DNA of 63,596 nucleotides, filler included. It is 5 parts of 5 records of this genome, joined end to end, with 100 filler letters (N's around TTAATTAATTAA, not from the genome) between each part and the next. Parts side by side here need not be neighbours in the genome. Positions count along the whole stretch, not along the records: positions 1 to 7,450 come from DRR723986_5574; positions 7,551 to 16,695 come from DRR723986_5575; 3 more parts are not named here. One strand, 5' to 3'. Each line of letters begins with the position of its first letter. The first letter of the stretch is position 1. The notes beneath the pieces were generated by a model, which was not told the DNA's origin, did no database searches, and worked only from the letters and a program-made list of their open reading frames with translations. The translations under genes and the position numbers were made by a program. Below, one piece after another: positions 1-10,133 of this stretch.

Positions 1-15
1 TGGCCCCGCGACCCG

Positions 16-70
16 CCGGGGGAGGCCAGCCTCCCCCGGACCCCCACCGGAGTATTTCGAGCCAAAAAGG
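16..70. repeat. REP-like GC-rich palindrome (Rhodobacteraceae-type extragenic repeat)
   Basis: Perfect 10-bp stem CCGGGGGAGG-ccag-CCTCCCCCGG (16-39) followed by ACCCCC..GGAGTATTT..GCCAAAAAG, a layout I recall from roseobacter intergenic repeats. Confidence 0.45.
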
Positions 71-130
71 GGAGCGGCGGTTTTACCTCTCCGCCATGGT
101 GCTTAGATTGAGGCAAAGCAGGAGCATGTG

Positions 131-1111
131 ATGGAATATTCGGTTTTGGATTTAGCACCGGTGCCGGAAGGAACGGATGCCGTTCAGGCGATGAAGAACA
201 CGGGCGATTTGGCGCAAAGGGCCGAGGCATTGGGCTATCACCGTTATTGGATGGCGGAGCATCACAACATGCCCGGGATTGCCTCAGCCGCGACTGCGGT
301 TCTGATCGGTCATGTGGCGGGGCGAACCAAGCACATTAGGGTCGGGGCCGGTGGGATCATGTTGCCCAATCACGCGCCTTTGACGGTGGCGGAGCAATTT
401 GGCACCCTGGCCAGCCTTTACGGGGACCGGATTGATCTGGGACTGGGCCGGGCGCCGGGCGGCGATCCGGCGGTGTACCACGCATTGCGGCGGGCGGGAA
501 GCGACGATTTTGCCGGAGATGTGGCGGAGTTGATTGGCTATCTGGGTGATCCGCGCCCCGATGCGCCTGTGCGGGCCTTGCCCGGTGAAGGCACCCATGT
601 ACCGGTCTGGATCCTTGGGTCTTCGTTTTATGGGGCGCAATTGGCGGCGCAAATGGGGTTGCCTTATGCGTTTGCCTCACATTTTGCACCTGATGCGCTG
701 GATCAGGCGGCCGAGATGTACCGGCGTTATTTCAAGCCGTCTGGGCATTTGGATGCGCCGAAATTCATGTTGGCAATCAATGTGTTCGGGGCGGACAGTG
801 ATGCGGAAGGCGCTTATCTGCGCAGCACGATGCAGCAGGCTTTTGCGCGGCTGCGCACAGGGCAGCGCGGTAAATTGCCCAAGCCGGTCCGCGACATTGA
901 CGCGGTGATCGGGGTGGGTATGCGCCGCGCCGTGGATCAGGCCTTGCGGGTGTCGGCGGTTGGGTCTGCTGATACGATCAAGCGGCAATTGGCGGAGTGG
1001 ATCGAACGCTATGCGCCGGACGAAGTGATCCTGACCGGGCAGATCCATGATCATGCCGCGCGGGTGAAAAGCTTTGCCATGGCGGCGGAGGCGCTGGACA
1101 CTCTGGCCTAG
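131..1111 (+). CDS. LLM-class flavin-dependent oxidoreductase (luciferase-like, YhbW type)
   Basis: [32 protein letters not shown] and [11 protein letters not shown] motifs; AGGAG at 120-124 favours the ATG at 131. Confidence 0.92.
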   Translation: MEYSVLDLAPVPEGTDAVQAMKNTGDLAQRAEALGYHRYWMAEHHNMPGIASAATAVLIGHVAGRTKHIRVGAGGIMLPNHAPLTVAEQFGTLASLYGDRIDLGLGRAPGGDPAVYHALRRAGSDDFAGDVAELIGYLGDPRPDAPVRALPGEGTHVPVWILGSSFYGAQLAAQMGLPYAFASHFAPDALDQAAEMYRRYFKPSGHLDAPKFMLAINVFGADSDAEGAYLRSTMQQAFARLRTGQRGKLPKPVRDIDAVIGVGMRRAVDQALRVSAVGSADTIKRQLAEWIERYAPDEVILTGQIHDHAARVKSFAMAAEALDTLA

Positions 1112-1725
1112 ATGTCGCCGTCCACCAGACCGAGGCCGCGCAGGTAGATGCCGATCCCGGTTTCCAACAGATCATCGGGTGGGAACGGCGAGGCGCGGCC
1201 CGGTGAGTTTCGCGCGAACAATTCGACCACACCGTGGCTCATGGCCCAAATATGCGCCGAGAACATCGTGGCGGGCGGGCGTTTGTCTGCGGGGATGTGT
1301 TGGCTGAGGTCTTCGGCCGCTTTTTCCAGCACGCCGTTGGCGCGATTGGCCGCGGTTGCCAGTTCGGGCGTGCGGTTCACGGAAATGCCGCTTTCGAACA
1401 TGGCGATGTAATGGCCGGGGTGTTTGCGGGCAAAGGCCAGATAGGCACGGCCCGTCGCCTCAAACGCCTTGAGCGCTGAAGGTTGACCGGATTGATAGGC
1501 AAAATCCATCAAATCCGCAAATATTTCATAGCCTTGGCGGGCCGCCTCCGCGATCAGATCTTCGCGTCCGTCAAAGTGACGATAAACTGCGGCGGGCGTT
1601 ACGCCTGCCTGTTTGGCGGCCTCTGACAGGGTGAATCCCATAGGTCCGCGCAGCTCAATCAACTTGAGCGCAGCGTCGATCAGAGCCTGACGCAGATTGC
1701 CGTGGTGATAGCCGCGTTTAGGCAT
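1108..1725 (-). CDS. TetR/AcrR family transcriptional regulator
   Basis: [15 protein letters not shown]...[22 protein letters not shown] at 1725 overlaps the ppk2 3' end. Confidence 0.92.
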   Translation of the reverse strand: MPKRGYHHGNLRQALIDAALKLIELRGPMGFTLSEAAKQAGVTPAAVYRHFDGREDLIAEAARQGYEIFADLMDFAYQSGQPSALKAFEATGRAYLAFARKHPGHYIAMFESGISVNRTPELATAANRANGVLEKAAEDLSQHIPADKRPPATMFSAHIWAMSHGVVELFARNSPGRASPFPPDDLLETGIGIYLRGLGLVDGDI

Positions 1726-2587
1726 CCCAGAGGTCCGGTCCGCCGCAGATCGCATCGTCTATTTTGCCAATCGCTTTGCTGTCTTTGCGATCATACTCAA
1801 AGGCATGCAGCACGGTGCGGATGGCATTCAGACGCGCACGGCGTTTGTCGTCAGAGCGCACGATGCTCCAGGGGGCAATGTCGGTATGGCTGCGGGCGAG
1901 GGTGTCTTCGATGGCCTGTGTGTAGTCGTCCCATTTTGCCAGACCTTTGACGTCAATCATGCTGAGCTTCCATTGCTTGAGCGGATCGGACTCGCGTGAC
2001 AACATCCGGCGCAATTGCTCGCCGCGCCCCACGTTCAGCCAGAATTTGAACAGATGGATCCCGTCATCCACAAGTTGCGCTTCAAAGGGATTCACCTGCC
2101 GGAAGAAATGTGCGTTCTGGGCCGGGGTGCAAAAGCCAAACACCGGTTCCACCACGCCGCGATTGTACCAGGACCGGTCAAAGAACACCATTTCGCCTTT
2201 GGTCGGCAAGTGTTTGATATAGCGTTGAAAATACCATTCACCCTGTTCTGTTTCGGTGGGTTTTGACAGGGCAATCACATGGGCGGAACGCGGGTTCAGA
2301 TGCTGGCGGAAACGTCCGATTGTGCCGCCTTTGCCAGCCGCATCGCGCCCTTCAAAAAGACAGGCAATGCGGGTGCCGCTGGCCCGTGTCCAGGCTTGCA
2401 GCTTGACCAATTCGATCTGGAGACGTTCCATCTGCCGCTCATAGACCTTGCGGGCCATACGTTCGGGATGTGGATAGCTGGCGGTGATGATATCGTCCTT
2501 ATCGGCGCGGCGGATGGCGTTGCGAATGGCCTCGGGCGCGTCGTTTTCGAAATAGGCGCTGATCGCGCCGTCAAAGGGCAGGTCCAT
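1718..2587 (-). CDS. ppk2: Polyphosphate kinase 2
   Basis: [11 protein letters not shown] Walker A, FDRSWYNR and KQWKLS motifs. Confidence 0.95.
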   Translation of the reverse strand: MDLPFDGAISAYFENDAPEAIRNAIRRADKDDIITASYPHPERMARKVYERQMERLQIELVKLQAWTRASGTRIACLFEGRDAAGKGGTIGRFRQHLNPRSAHVIALSKPTETEQGEWYFQRYIKHLPTKGEMVFFDRSWYNRGVVEPVFGFCTPAQNAHFFRQVNPFEAQLVDDGIHLFKFWLNVGRGEQLRRMLSRESDPLKQWKLSMIDVKGLAKWDDYTQAIEDTLARSHTDIAPWSIVRSDDKRRARLNAIRTVLHAFEYDRKDSKAIGKIDDAICGGPDLWDA

Positions 2588-2633
2588 GGGGCCTCCTGAT
2601 CACAGTTGATCTTAATATGGGATGTTAACAGGC

Positions 2634-3605
2634 TTAACGCAAACCCGCAGAGGCTGCCGCGCGGTCAATTGCGGCAATCACGGCCTCCGGCTGTGTGTGC
2701 TGGGGCATATGCCCTTCGCCCAGGAGGATGGTCAGATGTCCCTGCGGCACATCGCCAATCAGCACCTTGGCATGCACGACCGCCGGAACAATGGTGTCGG
2801 CATCGCCATGGATGATCTCAACCGGCATGGTCAGTTTGTGATATTCTTTTTGCATTTCAACCACATGGGGACGCAATGACATGACCTGTTGGGCATTGGC
2901 ACGCAGGGTGCTGCGGCGCAGACTGAGGTCCACCCCCAGATGGCTGGCATAGCCCGCAGGCGGCGATTGCGGGGCAAAAATGCTTTCGATGCTGCTGGCG
3001 ATATAGGGTTCGGGCACGAAGGCGGTGATCAGGGGCACAGCCAATCCGCCGCCAAGTGACGATCCGGTGATCTTGTAGGTCCAGCCCAGATCGCCGGGCC
3101 AGGGTTCGGACACGGCCGAGACCAGCACCAGCGCCGCCGTTTCGTCAGGGCGTGACAGCCCCCAGGCCAGGGTCACCGCACCGCCAAAGGAATGCCCCAG
3201 AACGATGGGATTGGAGACACCGATCTGATCTGCGGCACCTTGCAACAATGCGGCCTGTTCCTGCGGGCTTTCGGCGCGGGCGTTCCACGCACCTTTTGCC
3301 TCCGCCAAACGGCCCGTCCAGCCCAAGCCGGGGCGGTCAAAGAGGATCACGCGGTACCTGCCTGACAGGCGGTCTGCAAAACCGAGGGTGAAGTCGCGCA
3401 AGTTGCCGCTCGCCCCGTGGATCATCACCAGATCGGGGCCGGTTCCCATGATCTGGTAATGCACGGGTACGCCGTTCACCTCCACGATCTCGCCGGTGGG
3501 GGGATGCGCCGCAACCGCGCCGCGTTCCTGCACCGATGCGCGCCACTGGGTCAGCGCAACAATCCCGGCCAGCAGGATCAGGAGGAGGGCAAGTTTACCG
3601 GCCAA
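2634..3605 (-). CDS. Membrane-anchored alpha/beta hydrolase
   Basis: HGASG oxyanion motif, GHSFGG nucleophile elbow, HGDAD and GHMP; N-terminal TM helix; start uncertain (TTG 3605 chosen, ORF open to 3674). Confidence 0.85.
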   Translation of the reverse strand: MAGKLALLLILLAGIVALTQWRASVQERGAVAAHPPTGEIVEVNGVPVHYQIMGTGPDLVMIHGASGNLRDFTLGFADRLSGRYRVILFDRPGLGWTGRLAEAKGAWNARAESPQEQAALLQGAADQIGVSNPIVLGHSFGGAVTLAWGLSRPDETAALVLVSAVSEPWPGDLGWTYKITGSSLGGGLAVPLITAFVPEPYIASSIESIFAPQSPPAGYASHLGVDLSLRRSTLRANAQQVMSLRPHVVEMQKEYHKLTMPVEIIHGDADTIVPAVVHAKVLIGDVPQGHLTILLGEGHMPQHTQPEAVIAAIDRAAASAGLR

Positions 3606-4512
3606 TTTGGTCCATCTCAAATGGGGTAGACTGGTATATCTCGTTGATCCAATTGCCATAAAGCAGATGGGCATGGCTGCGCCAGCGGTTGGTGGGCATC
3701 ACGCTGGGATCATCTTGGGGGTAGTAATTGCACGGCACGTTGATCGGCGTTCCGGCGTCCACATCGCGGTCGTATTCCTGCTTGAGCGTGTCCCGGTCGT
3801 ATTCAAAATGGTTGAACACATAAAGCGCACGGTGATCGGGATCTTCGATCAGGCAGGGGCCAACCTCGTCACTGGCCAGCAGGGTGTTGAGCGCAGGCAC
3901 TGCATCAACCTCGTCTTGTTTGACCTCTGTCCAACGGGACACAGGCACCACACATTCATCGGAAAACCCGCGCAGATAGGGTGAGGCCGGCGCCATGTTC
4001 TTGTGCCGGAAACAGCCGAATGCCTTGTGATCCAGCATGTGTTTTTGCACGCCGTGGAAATGATTGATCATCGCCATGCCGCCCCAGCAGACTCCAAAGG
4101 TGGAATGCACATGGGTTTGGGTCCAGTTCATCACCCGCTCCAGTTCTTCCCAATAGGTGACCTCTTCGAACGGCATATGTTCGATGGGTGCACCGGTGAT
4201 GATCAGCCCGTCAAACTTTTCATCGCCGACCTCTTCGAAGGGGCGGTAAAAGCTTTCCATATGCTGTGCGGCGGTGTTGCGGGTGCGGTGTTCGGACATG
4301 CGCAGCAGGCTCAGCTCGATCTGGAGAGGGGTCGCGCCGATCAGACGGGCAAACTGGTTCTCTGTCTGGATCTTTTTCGGCATCAGGTTGAGCAGCGCGA
4401 TTTTGAGCGGGCGAATGTCCTGCCGCGCCGCGAGTTCCTCATCAACCACCATAACCCCTTCGCGCGTCAGCACGTCATAGGCGGGCAGGGTGGCAGGGAT
4501 CTTGATGGGCAT
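3595..4512 (-). CDS. metA: Homoserine O-acyltransferase MetA (probably acetyl-CoA specific)
   Basis: [18 protein letters not shown] nucleophile, NHFEY and WRSHA; TGAPIE has Glu at the specificity position that is Gly in succinyl-type enzymes. Confidence 0.95.
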   Translation of the reverse strand: MPIKIPATLPAYDVLTREGVMVVDEELAARQDIRPLKIALLNLMPKKIQTENQFARLIGATPLQIELSLLRMSEHRTRNTAAQHMESFYRPFEEVGDEKFDGLIITGAPIEHMPFEEVTYWEELERVMNWTQTHVHSTFGVCWGGMAMINHFHGVQKHMLDHKAFGCFRHKNMAPASPYLRGFSDECVVPVSRWTEVKQDEVDAVPALNTLLASDEVGPCLIEDPDHRALYVFNHFEYDRDTLKQEYDRDVDAGTPINVPCNYYPQDDPSVMPTNRWRSHAHLLYGNWINEIYQSTPFEMDQIGR

Positions 4513-4604
4513 GGCGAAACTTCCGTAACTCAGAGACGATTAGATAGACCGCCCAAGGCATGCTGCCAAGGGGGCGGTCGCGGGGCCGTGATCGCGGGGC
4601 ATCC

Positions 4605-5459
4605 TCAGGACGGCAGGCGGTTCGCGATCAGGTCAACAAAATCTTGCTGCATGCGCAATGCGCCGATGTCATCCGGCGTGATCGTGACGCCCCAGTTTGA
4701 CATCGCCTCATAGCGCGGTTGGCGATGCGACAGCGCCTGCGCATAGGTCCAGCGGATGAAGGCATCTGGATCAACGTCGCCTTCTACCATATTGTTTTCT
4801 TTCAGGTAACGCGCCCATGCCTCAGCCAGAAATTCCGGCTGGTAGGCCATGGGTTTGGGCGCCCGGTCAAAGCGGCGGATCAATTCCTGGGTATGGGCCT
4901 CATCGCCCTTGATCCAGACCAGCAGACATTCCTCCGACAGTTTGGTCAGCAGCGGATCGTTCGGATCTTCGGGATCGACCCATTCACAGATCGATCCGCC
5001 CGTGTCGCAGATAAAATGGTCATACCCGTAAAGTTCCTGCGCCCTGGCGGCGAAATGCGCGGTGTCTTCGAGGGCCGCAATCTCGGCCTGACGGAACGCT
5101 TCCTGGCGTTTGGCATAGTCGGCCATGGGCAGCCCGCCCTTGTCGGGATCACCGGGTTTGCCCAGCCATGTTGCAACCGGGCTGAGGTTTTCGAATGTGA
5201 TGTTGGAGCCGATAAAAATGCTGTCACTCAGCAGCAGATCGCGCAGAAAAGGCACTTTCATCGCTTCGGCTTTGGCGTTGTCGGCAATCAGCTCCCCCAG
5301 ATAGCGGGTGCCGATACGGTAATCGATGGAATAGTGGAACCAATCTCCAGAGCCGCGCAGCAAGCCGGACAGATGGGTTTTGCCCAGACCGGACATGCCA
5401 AAGATAAGCACCTTTCGGTGGGGGGCATCACGCCATGCTTGGGCGGTGGGGTACAGCAT
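4605..5459 (-). CDS. Uncharacterised P-loop NTPase/kinase-like protein
   Basis: GMSGLGKT Walker A and FICDTGGS; directly upstream of metA. Confidence 0.8.
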   Translation of the reverse strand: MLYPTAQAWRDAPHRKVLIFGMSGLGKTHLSGLLRGSGDWFHYSIDYRIGTRYLGELIADNAKAEAMKVPFLRDLLLSDSIFIGSNITFENLSPVATWLGKPGDPDKGGLPMADYAKRQEAFRQAEIAALEDTAHFAARAQELYGYDHFICDTGGSICEWVDPEDPNDPLLTKLSEECLLVWIKGDEAHTQELIRRFDRAPKPMAYQPEFLAEAWARYLKENNMVEGDVDPDAFIRWTYAQALSHRQPRYEAMSNWGVTITPDDIGALRMQQDFVDLIANRLPS

Positions 5460-5489
5460 AAATTCGGGTCCGTGGTTCAGTGTTTTTCT

Positions 5490-6413
5490 TTACCTAGCGG
5501 AGCCTTTTAAATAACGCCAGATGCGCCCGTCCAATACCAGCAAACCAATCGCCAAAAGGGCAAATCCGCCATAGGCCGCAGGGCGCAGGGATTCGCCCAG
5601 CAAAACCGCCCCAAGAACAATGGCGAAGGGCGGGATCAGCAGTGTCACCAGCATCAGATTGCCGCTGCCCGCCATGGCAAGAACCCGGTAATACAGCAGA
5701 TAGGCAAGGGCCGTCGCGATCAGGGCGTAATAGCCGATCGCCGCCATGGTGCGCGGCTCAAGCGCGAGGGTGATTGGCCCCTCAACGCACCACGCTACGG
5801 GCAGGATGATCAAGGTGCTGCCCGTGACCATCCCCGCCGCCGCCACCTGCGGCGGATGCCCTGCAAGGCGTTTGCGGGCCCAAACACTGGCCAGCGCATA
5901 GGAAATCGTGCCGCCAATCACCGCCAGCTGCCCCAATGAGCGCAGATCAAAACTGCGCAGATTGTCCAGACCGATGGCCGTGGCCACACCGGCAAAGCCA
6001 AGACCGACGCCGATCACCTTGCGCAGGCTGAGCCGTTCATCGGCAAAAAACATTGCCGCCGCCAGAACCCCAAAGATCGCTGTGGCTGCATTCAGGATCG
6101 AGGTCAGCCCGCTTTCGATGTGCAACTGCCCCCAGGCCATCAGGCCAAAGGGAATCACATTGTTCAAAAGCCCCATCACCAGAAACGCACCCCAGACCCG
6201 CGGATCACGGGGGATCTTCAGCCCCATCACAATGACGGCCCCCCAAAGGGCCAATGCGGCCCAGCCCACACGGTGCGCAACTGATGTCAGCGGCCCAACT
6301 TCATCCAGCGCAATACGAATAGAGACAAAGGACGCACCCCAGATGGCGGCCAGCAAAAGCATTTCCACCCATGCGCGGGAAGAGACTGTTTTTTGTTCAC
6401 TCATGACCGTCAT
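5490..6413 (-). CDS. DMT/EamA family transporter
   Basis: About 10 TM helices; IWGASF and SGLTSILNA EamA motifs. Confidence 0.9.
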   Translation of the reverse strand: MTVMSEQKTVSSRAWVEMLLLAAIWGASFVSIRIALDEVGPLTSVAHRVGWAALALWGAVIVMGLKIPRDPRVWGAFLVMGLLNNVIPFGLMAWGQLHIESGLTSILNAATAIFGVLAAAMFFADERLSLRKVIGVGLGFAGVATAIGLDNLRSFDLRSLGQLAVIGGTISYALASVWARKRLAGHPPQVAAAGMVTGSTLIILPVAWCVEGPITLALEPRTMAAIGYYALIATALAYLLYYRVLAMAGSGNLMLVTLLIPPFAIVLGAVLLGESLRPAAYGGFALLAIGLLVLDGRIWRYLKGSAR

Positions 6414-6458
6414 CTAGCCCGCGCTTTTTCCTGCCATCGACCCGAAACCTGCGCATTG

Positions 6459-7346
6459 TCAGGCGGTTTTGCGGGTCTCGTGCCAGATGTTGAAATAATT
6501 GCCGGCAAAAATGATCACAGCCCCGACAAACACCCAGATATCCAAGGCCTCGCCATAAAACAGCATCGCGACAATTGCGATGATCGGCAGGCGGGCAAAA
6601 TCAATCGGCACCACCACGGTTGCCGGCGCGATGGTCAGCGCCTTGGTGATGCAGAAATGCGCCACCAGACCGCAGACCCCGATTAGCACCAGGAGTGGCA
6701 TGTTGGACCAGCCGGGCAGGGCGATCTCGCCGTCGTACCCTGCGCAGATGATACCAAAAACCAGTTGCATAACAGTGAGATAGAACAGGATGCAGGTGAT
6801 GGACTGGCTGCGGGTCAGACGTTTGGTGAACATCGCCACAAGGGCAAAGAAAATCGCGCAGCTGGCGGCGGCGATCATGCCGCTGTTGAGCCCGCCCATA
6901 TCGGGGCGCGCCACGATCAGAATTCCGATAAATCCCATCACAGCGGCGGTCACACGCACCCGCGTCATCCGTTCGCCAAGGATAAAGGGCGCCAGAACAA
7001 TCACCCAAAGCGGGCTGGTAAATTCAAGCGCAAAAAGCTGCGCCATGGGGATCACCGTGACCGCGTAGAACCACAGGTTTTGCCCGGCAAAATGCGCAAT
7101 GTTGCGGATGAAATGCAGGCCAAGCGCGTCTGTCTTGATCTCGCGCCATGTGCCGCTGCCAAAGGCGAGCGCCACCACGATAATCACCCCGAAAAACGAG
7201 CGATACATCATGATTTCAAAGGTATCGAGGATCGGACCCAATTCGCGGCCCGCAACTGCCATTGCGGAGAACGATCCGATCGCGCCCAGCATCCACAAAG
7301 CCGCCCCCAAAACGCGGGTTGGATTGGCAGATGCAGCAGTGGTCAC
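6459..7346 (-). CDS. DMT/EamA family transporter
   Basis: FTSPLWVIVLAPFILGE and APATVVVPIDF motifs; GTG at 7346 lies just after the guaA stop. Confidence 0.88.
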   Translation of the reverse strand: MTTAASANPTRVLGAALWMLGAIGSFSAMAVAGRELGPILDTFEIMMYRSFFGVIIVVALAFGSGTWREIKTDALGLHFIRNIAHFAGQNLWFYAVTVIPMAQLFALEFTSPLWVIVLAPFILGERMTRVRVTAAVMGFIGILIVARPDMGGLNSGMIAAASCAIFFALVAMFTKRLTRSQSITCILFYLTVMQLVFGIICAGYDGEIALPGWSNMPLLVLIGVCGLVAHFCITKALTIAPATVVVPIDFARLPIIAIVAMLFYGEALDIWVFVGAVIIFAGNYFNIWHETRKTA

Positions 7347-7353
7347 GGGGCGG

Positions 7354-7450
7354 TTATTCCCATTCGATGGTGCCCGGAGGTTTGGACGTGATATCATAGG
7401 TGACGCGGTTGATGCCCGGCACTTCGTTGATGATCCGGGTTGCGGTTTCG
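7354..7450 (-). CDS. guaA: GMP synthase, 3' fragment at contig end
   Basis: Manual translation [31 protein letters not shown], the GuaA C-terminus; absent from the ORF track. Confidence 0.93.
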
Positions 7451-7550
7451 NNNNNNNNNNNNNNNNNNNNNNNNNNNNNNNNNNNNNNNNNNNNTTAATT
7501 AATTAANNNNNNNNNNNNNNNNNNNNNNNNNNNNNNNNNNNNNNNNNNNN
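7451..7550. other. Artificial contig linker
   Basis: N44-TTAATTAATTAA-N44. Confidence 0.99.
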
Positions 7551-7583
7551 CAGATTAATCTGAAGAGTAATTAAGAGATTTTT

Positions 7584-7610
7584 AAAAAAGGTAGCCTCGG
7601 CTGCCTTTTT
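7584..7610 (+). terminator. Intrinsic terminator (possibly bidirectional)
   Basis: AAAAAAGGTAGC-ctcg-GCTGCCTTTTT. Confidence 0.75.
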
Positions 7611-7727
7611 GTTTATGTGCCACTCATATCAGTCGAACCACACCATAAAATATCGTAACCACTGGCCGGCAGCAGGCAAGCTACACTCTTCTGAATCATG
7701 GATCTGATATGAGGCATAGCTGCGGTT

Positions 7728-8888
7728 ATGAGTCACAACGAGGAAAGCCCGGGTGTCGGGTCGGGTTCTGGCGAACAGGACTCAACCACGGCCCTGATTG
7801 AAGCCATCAATATCCGCAGCATGTCGTTGATTGTGCTGACCAGCATCGCCTCCCTGTATTTTATCGACTGGGCCCAGCCTGTTCTGCTGCCACTTGTGGT
7901 CGCAGTTTTGATCAGTTACGCCCTGGATCCGTTGGTGGCGACACTGGATCGGATTCACATACCCCGTCCATTGGGTGCAGCTCTGGTTCTTTGCGCACTG
8001 ATAGCGATTCTGGCGGCGGCAAGTGTGCCACTCAAGCAGGAAGCCATGGCCATGCTGGACAAGATTCCCCAGGCCATCAAGGAGCTTCAGCGTGAAGATG
8101 CGTCTGCGTCCGAGGACGAAGAAAGCATCATGGAAAAAGCCCAGATTGCCGCCAAGCAGATTGAGGAAACCGCCGAGAAAAGCCAGGAGGAACCGGCTGT
8201 TCAGGCCGGCGTGACACCCGTGCGGCTGGTGGACGAGCCGATGGACGTTCGTGATTACGTGATCCGCAACTCGCCGGCCACATTAGTGCTGATTTCCCAG
8301 ATGTTTTCTGTGCTTTTACTGGTGTTTTTCCTGCTTTCCGTCGGCAAGCTATACCGGCGCAAGATCGTTAGAATATCCGGTCCGTCGTTCCGGCGGATGC
8401 GCAAGGCGGCACGAATTATGAACGAGCTGCATCACCAGGTACGCCGGTTCCTTTTTGTCATGGTCATCAGTGCGCTTTTTGTCGGCATTCTCACCTGGCT
8501 GGCATTCCTGCTATTAGGAGTTGAGCAAGCGGCGCTGTGGGGCGTGGTGGCTGGTATTGCCAGTGGTGTGCCGTATCTGGGGCCTTTCCTGGTTCTGGTC
8601 GGCTCTGGGGTGGCCGCATTTCTGCAGTTCGGCGAGCTCAATACTGCCGTGATTGTTGCGCTTACATCGCTGGTCATCACCAGTATTCAGGGGAATCTGC
8701 TGATGCCGTGGCTGACGAGTTACGTCTCCAGTTTGAATGCCGTCGCCATTTTTATCGGATTGTTGTTCTGGGGCTGGTTGTGGGGGCCAGTGGGCTTGAT
8801 TGTGGCTACGCCCATTCTCATGATCGCAAAATCCGTCTGCGATCATGTGGTGAACTTTCGTCCGGTAGGGGAGCTGTTGGGTAAATGA
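7728..8888 (+). CDS. AI-2E family transporter
   Basis: ISYALDP, VPYLGP and FWGWLWGPVGLIVATP motifs; multi-TM. Confidence 0.92.
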   Translation: MSHNEESPGVGSGSGEQDSTTALIEAINIRSMSLIVLTSIASLYFIDWAQPVLLPLVVAVLISYALDPLVATLDRIHIPRPLGAALVLCALIAILAAASVPLKQEAMAMLDKIPQAIKELQREDASASEDEESIMEKAQIAAKQIEETAEKSQEEPAVQAGVTPVRLVDEPMDVRDYVIRNSPATLVLISQMFSVLLLVFFLLSVGKLYRRKIVRISGPSFRRMRKAARIMNELHHQVRRFLFVMVISALFVGILTWLAFLLLGVEQAALWGVVAGIASGVPYLGPFLVLVGSGVAAFLQFGELNTAVIVALTSLVITSIQGNLLMPWLTSYVSSLNAVAIFIGLLFWGWLWGPVGLIVATPILMIAKSVCDHVVNFRPVGELLGK

Positions 8889-8907
8889 TTCGGGTGTGAC
8901 CACAGCT

Positions 8908-9360
8908 TCAATCCTTGATGACTTCTCGCTCGAATCGGCCAAGCACGACCACGATAATCAGTGAAAGCACCGTCACCATGCTGGCAAGGGCCAGGGTGCC
9001 AAGGCCGCAGGCTACGCCAATGGCGCCGGATACCCAGATGGAGGCTCCCGTGGTAATGCCCTGAACATTGCCGCGGCTCTGGATGATGCTGCCGGCGCCC
9101 AGAAAGCCAATGCCGCCAATCACGCCTTCGACAATGCGTGTGGGGTCAATTCGGGCGGAAGGGTCGCCTTCCGCCGTGGCGAGCAAGATGTGCATGCCCA
9201 TCATGATGAATGCGGATGCCCCCACGGAGACGAGCATGTGCGATCGCAGTCCCGCTGGCTTCCCTCGTAGTTCACGTTCAAGCCCAAGCACCAGTGCCAG
9301 GCCAGCCGCCATAAGCAGTCGAATGACCATGTCCATTAAGGGGATTTCGCTTTCCAGCAC
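8908..9360 (-). CDS. MgtC/SapB family protein
   Basis: GLERE..KPAGLRSH, DPTRI, GIGFLGAG and GITTGASIW. Confidence 0.93.
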   Translation of the reverse strand: MLESEIPLMDMVIRLLMAAGLALVLGLERELRGKPAGLRSHMLVSVGASAFIMMGMHILLATAEGDPSARIDPTRIVEGVIGGIGFLGAGSIIQSRGNVQGITTGASIWVSGAIGVACGLGTLALASMVTVLSLIIVVVLGRFEREVIKD

Positions 9361-9437
9361 AGCTCGTCTCCTGGTCTTTCAATTTTGTTTGTATCTGCTC
9401 ACGCAGATTAGCAGGTGAGGCCGGGATCGTCCTTCTA

Positions 9438-10034
9438 TCAGGTTATTGCCGGCACGGTTCCGTGCCATATTGGCAATCCCATATCCTCGGGATCTTCATT
9501 GGGGCCGCCAGTCCGGCTCTTGAATGAGCCTTCTTCAATCGGTATCCGGAACAGCGCGGTTGCCCGGCGCTCCTTCTGGTTCGGTGCCCGTACCTGCTCC
9601 CAACGCCCTGGCTCAATCTGGTTGATGATGGCCCGGAATGCGGCGTCGAATTCTGCAGTGTCTTCCACGAGTTGGGCGCGGCCGAACAACACCAGAGATT
9701 CGTAGTTGGCGCTGTGGTGGTACGCAGACTTGGTCAAAACCCATTCATTGGTGACGGCAAACGAGATGCAAAGGAGTTGGCCCGAACCGAGGCGTTTTGA
9801 CAACCGGCCCCCATTGAGGGTGTGAACGTACAGGTGGTCATCCAGTCGCCAGGCGGTAATCGGGATGATGCGGGGCTCGCCGTCCTCCACAAAGCCCAGG
9901 TGCGCGGTTTTGAGTCGGTCAATCAGCGTATAGGCAACCTGGCGGTCCACCGACGCTCTTTTGGTGGCCCGCCTCACTGTGCTCCTTGGGCAGGACGTCA
10001 GAGGTGAGGGTTGTTGAGTATTTGACTGATTCAT
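9438..10034 (-). CDS. Pyridoxamine 5'-phosphate oxidase-like FMN-binding protein
   Basis: SAYHHSANYESLVLFG and SFKSRTGGP; divergent from a MocR regulator, a common pairing. Confidence 0.88.
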   Translation of the reverse strand: MNQSNTQQPSPLTSCPRSTVRRATKRASVDRQVAYTLIDRLKTAHLGFVEDGEPRIIPITAWRLDDHLYVHTLNGGRLSKRLGSGQLLCISFAVTNEWVLTKSAYHHSANYESLVLFGRAQLVEDTAEFDAAFRAIINQIEPGRWEQVRAPNQKERRATALFRIPIEEGSFKSRTGGPNEDPEDMGLPIWHGTVPAIT

Positions 10035-10103
10035 TCGGTGGTCCTCAAGGCTGTGGGTTGGACAGTTGCGTTCTATTTCACGTCACTTCTGATACCCTCA
10101 AAA

Positions 10104-10133
10104 GACCCAGACTGTGTTTTTTTATAGGACCAG
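10104..10133. promoter_or_regulatory. Candidate MocR operator repeats
   Basis: GACCCAG and GGACCAG direct repeats about two helical turns apart in the divergent intergenic region; resemble MocR/GabR boxes (inference). Confidence 0.35.

Noticed and set aside
4513-4604. SAM-II or SAM/SAH riboswitch before metA
   Set aside because: Only a GACCGCCC/GGGCGGTC palindrome overlapping a promoter-like sequence; no aptamer consensus.
7354-7450. guaA-targeted genomic island
   Set aside because: The guaA stop is followed directly by housekeeping genes; no integrase or duplicated 3' end.
7495-7506. TTAATTAATTAA repeated four times in the window
   Set aside because: All-frame stop linker inside N runs; an artefact. 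ORFs running into it are truncated or spurious.
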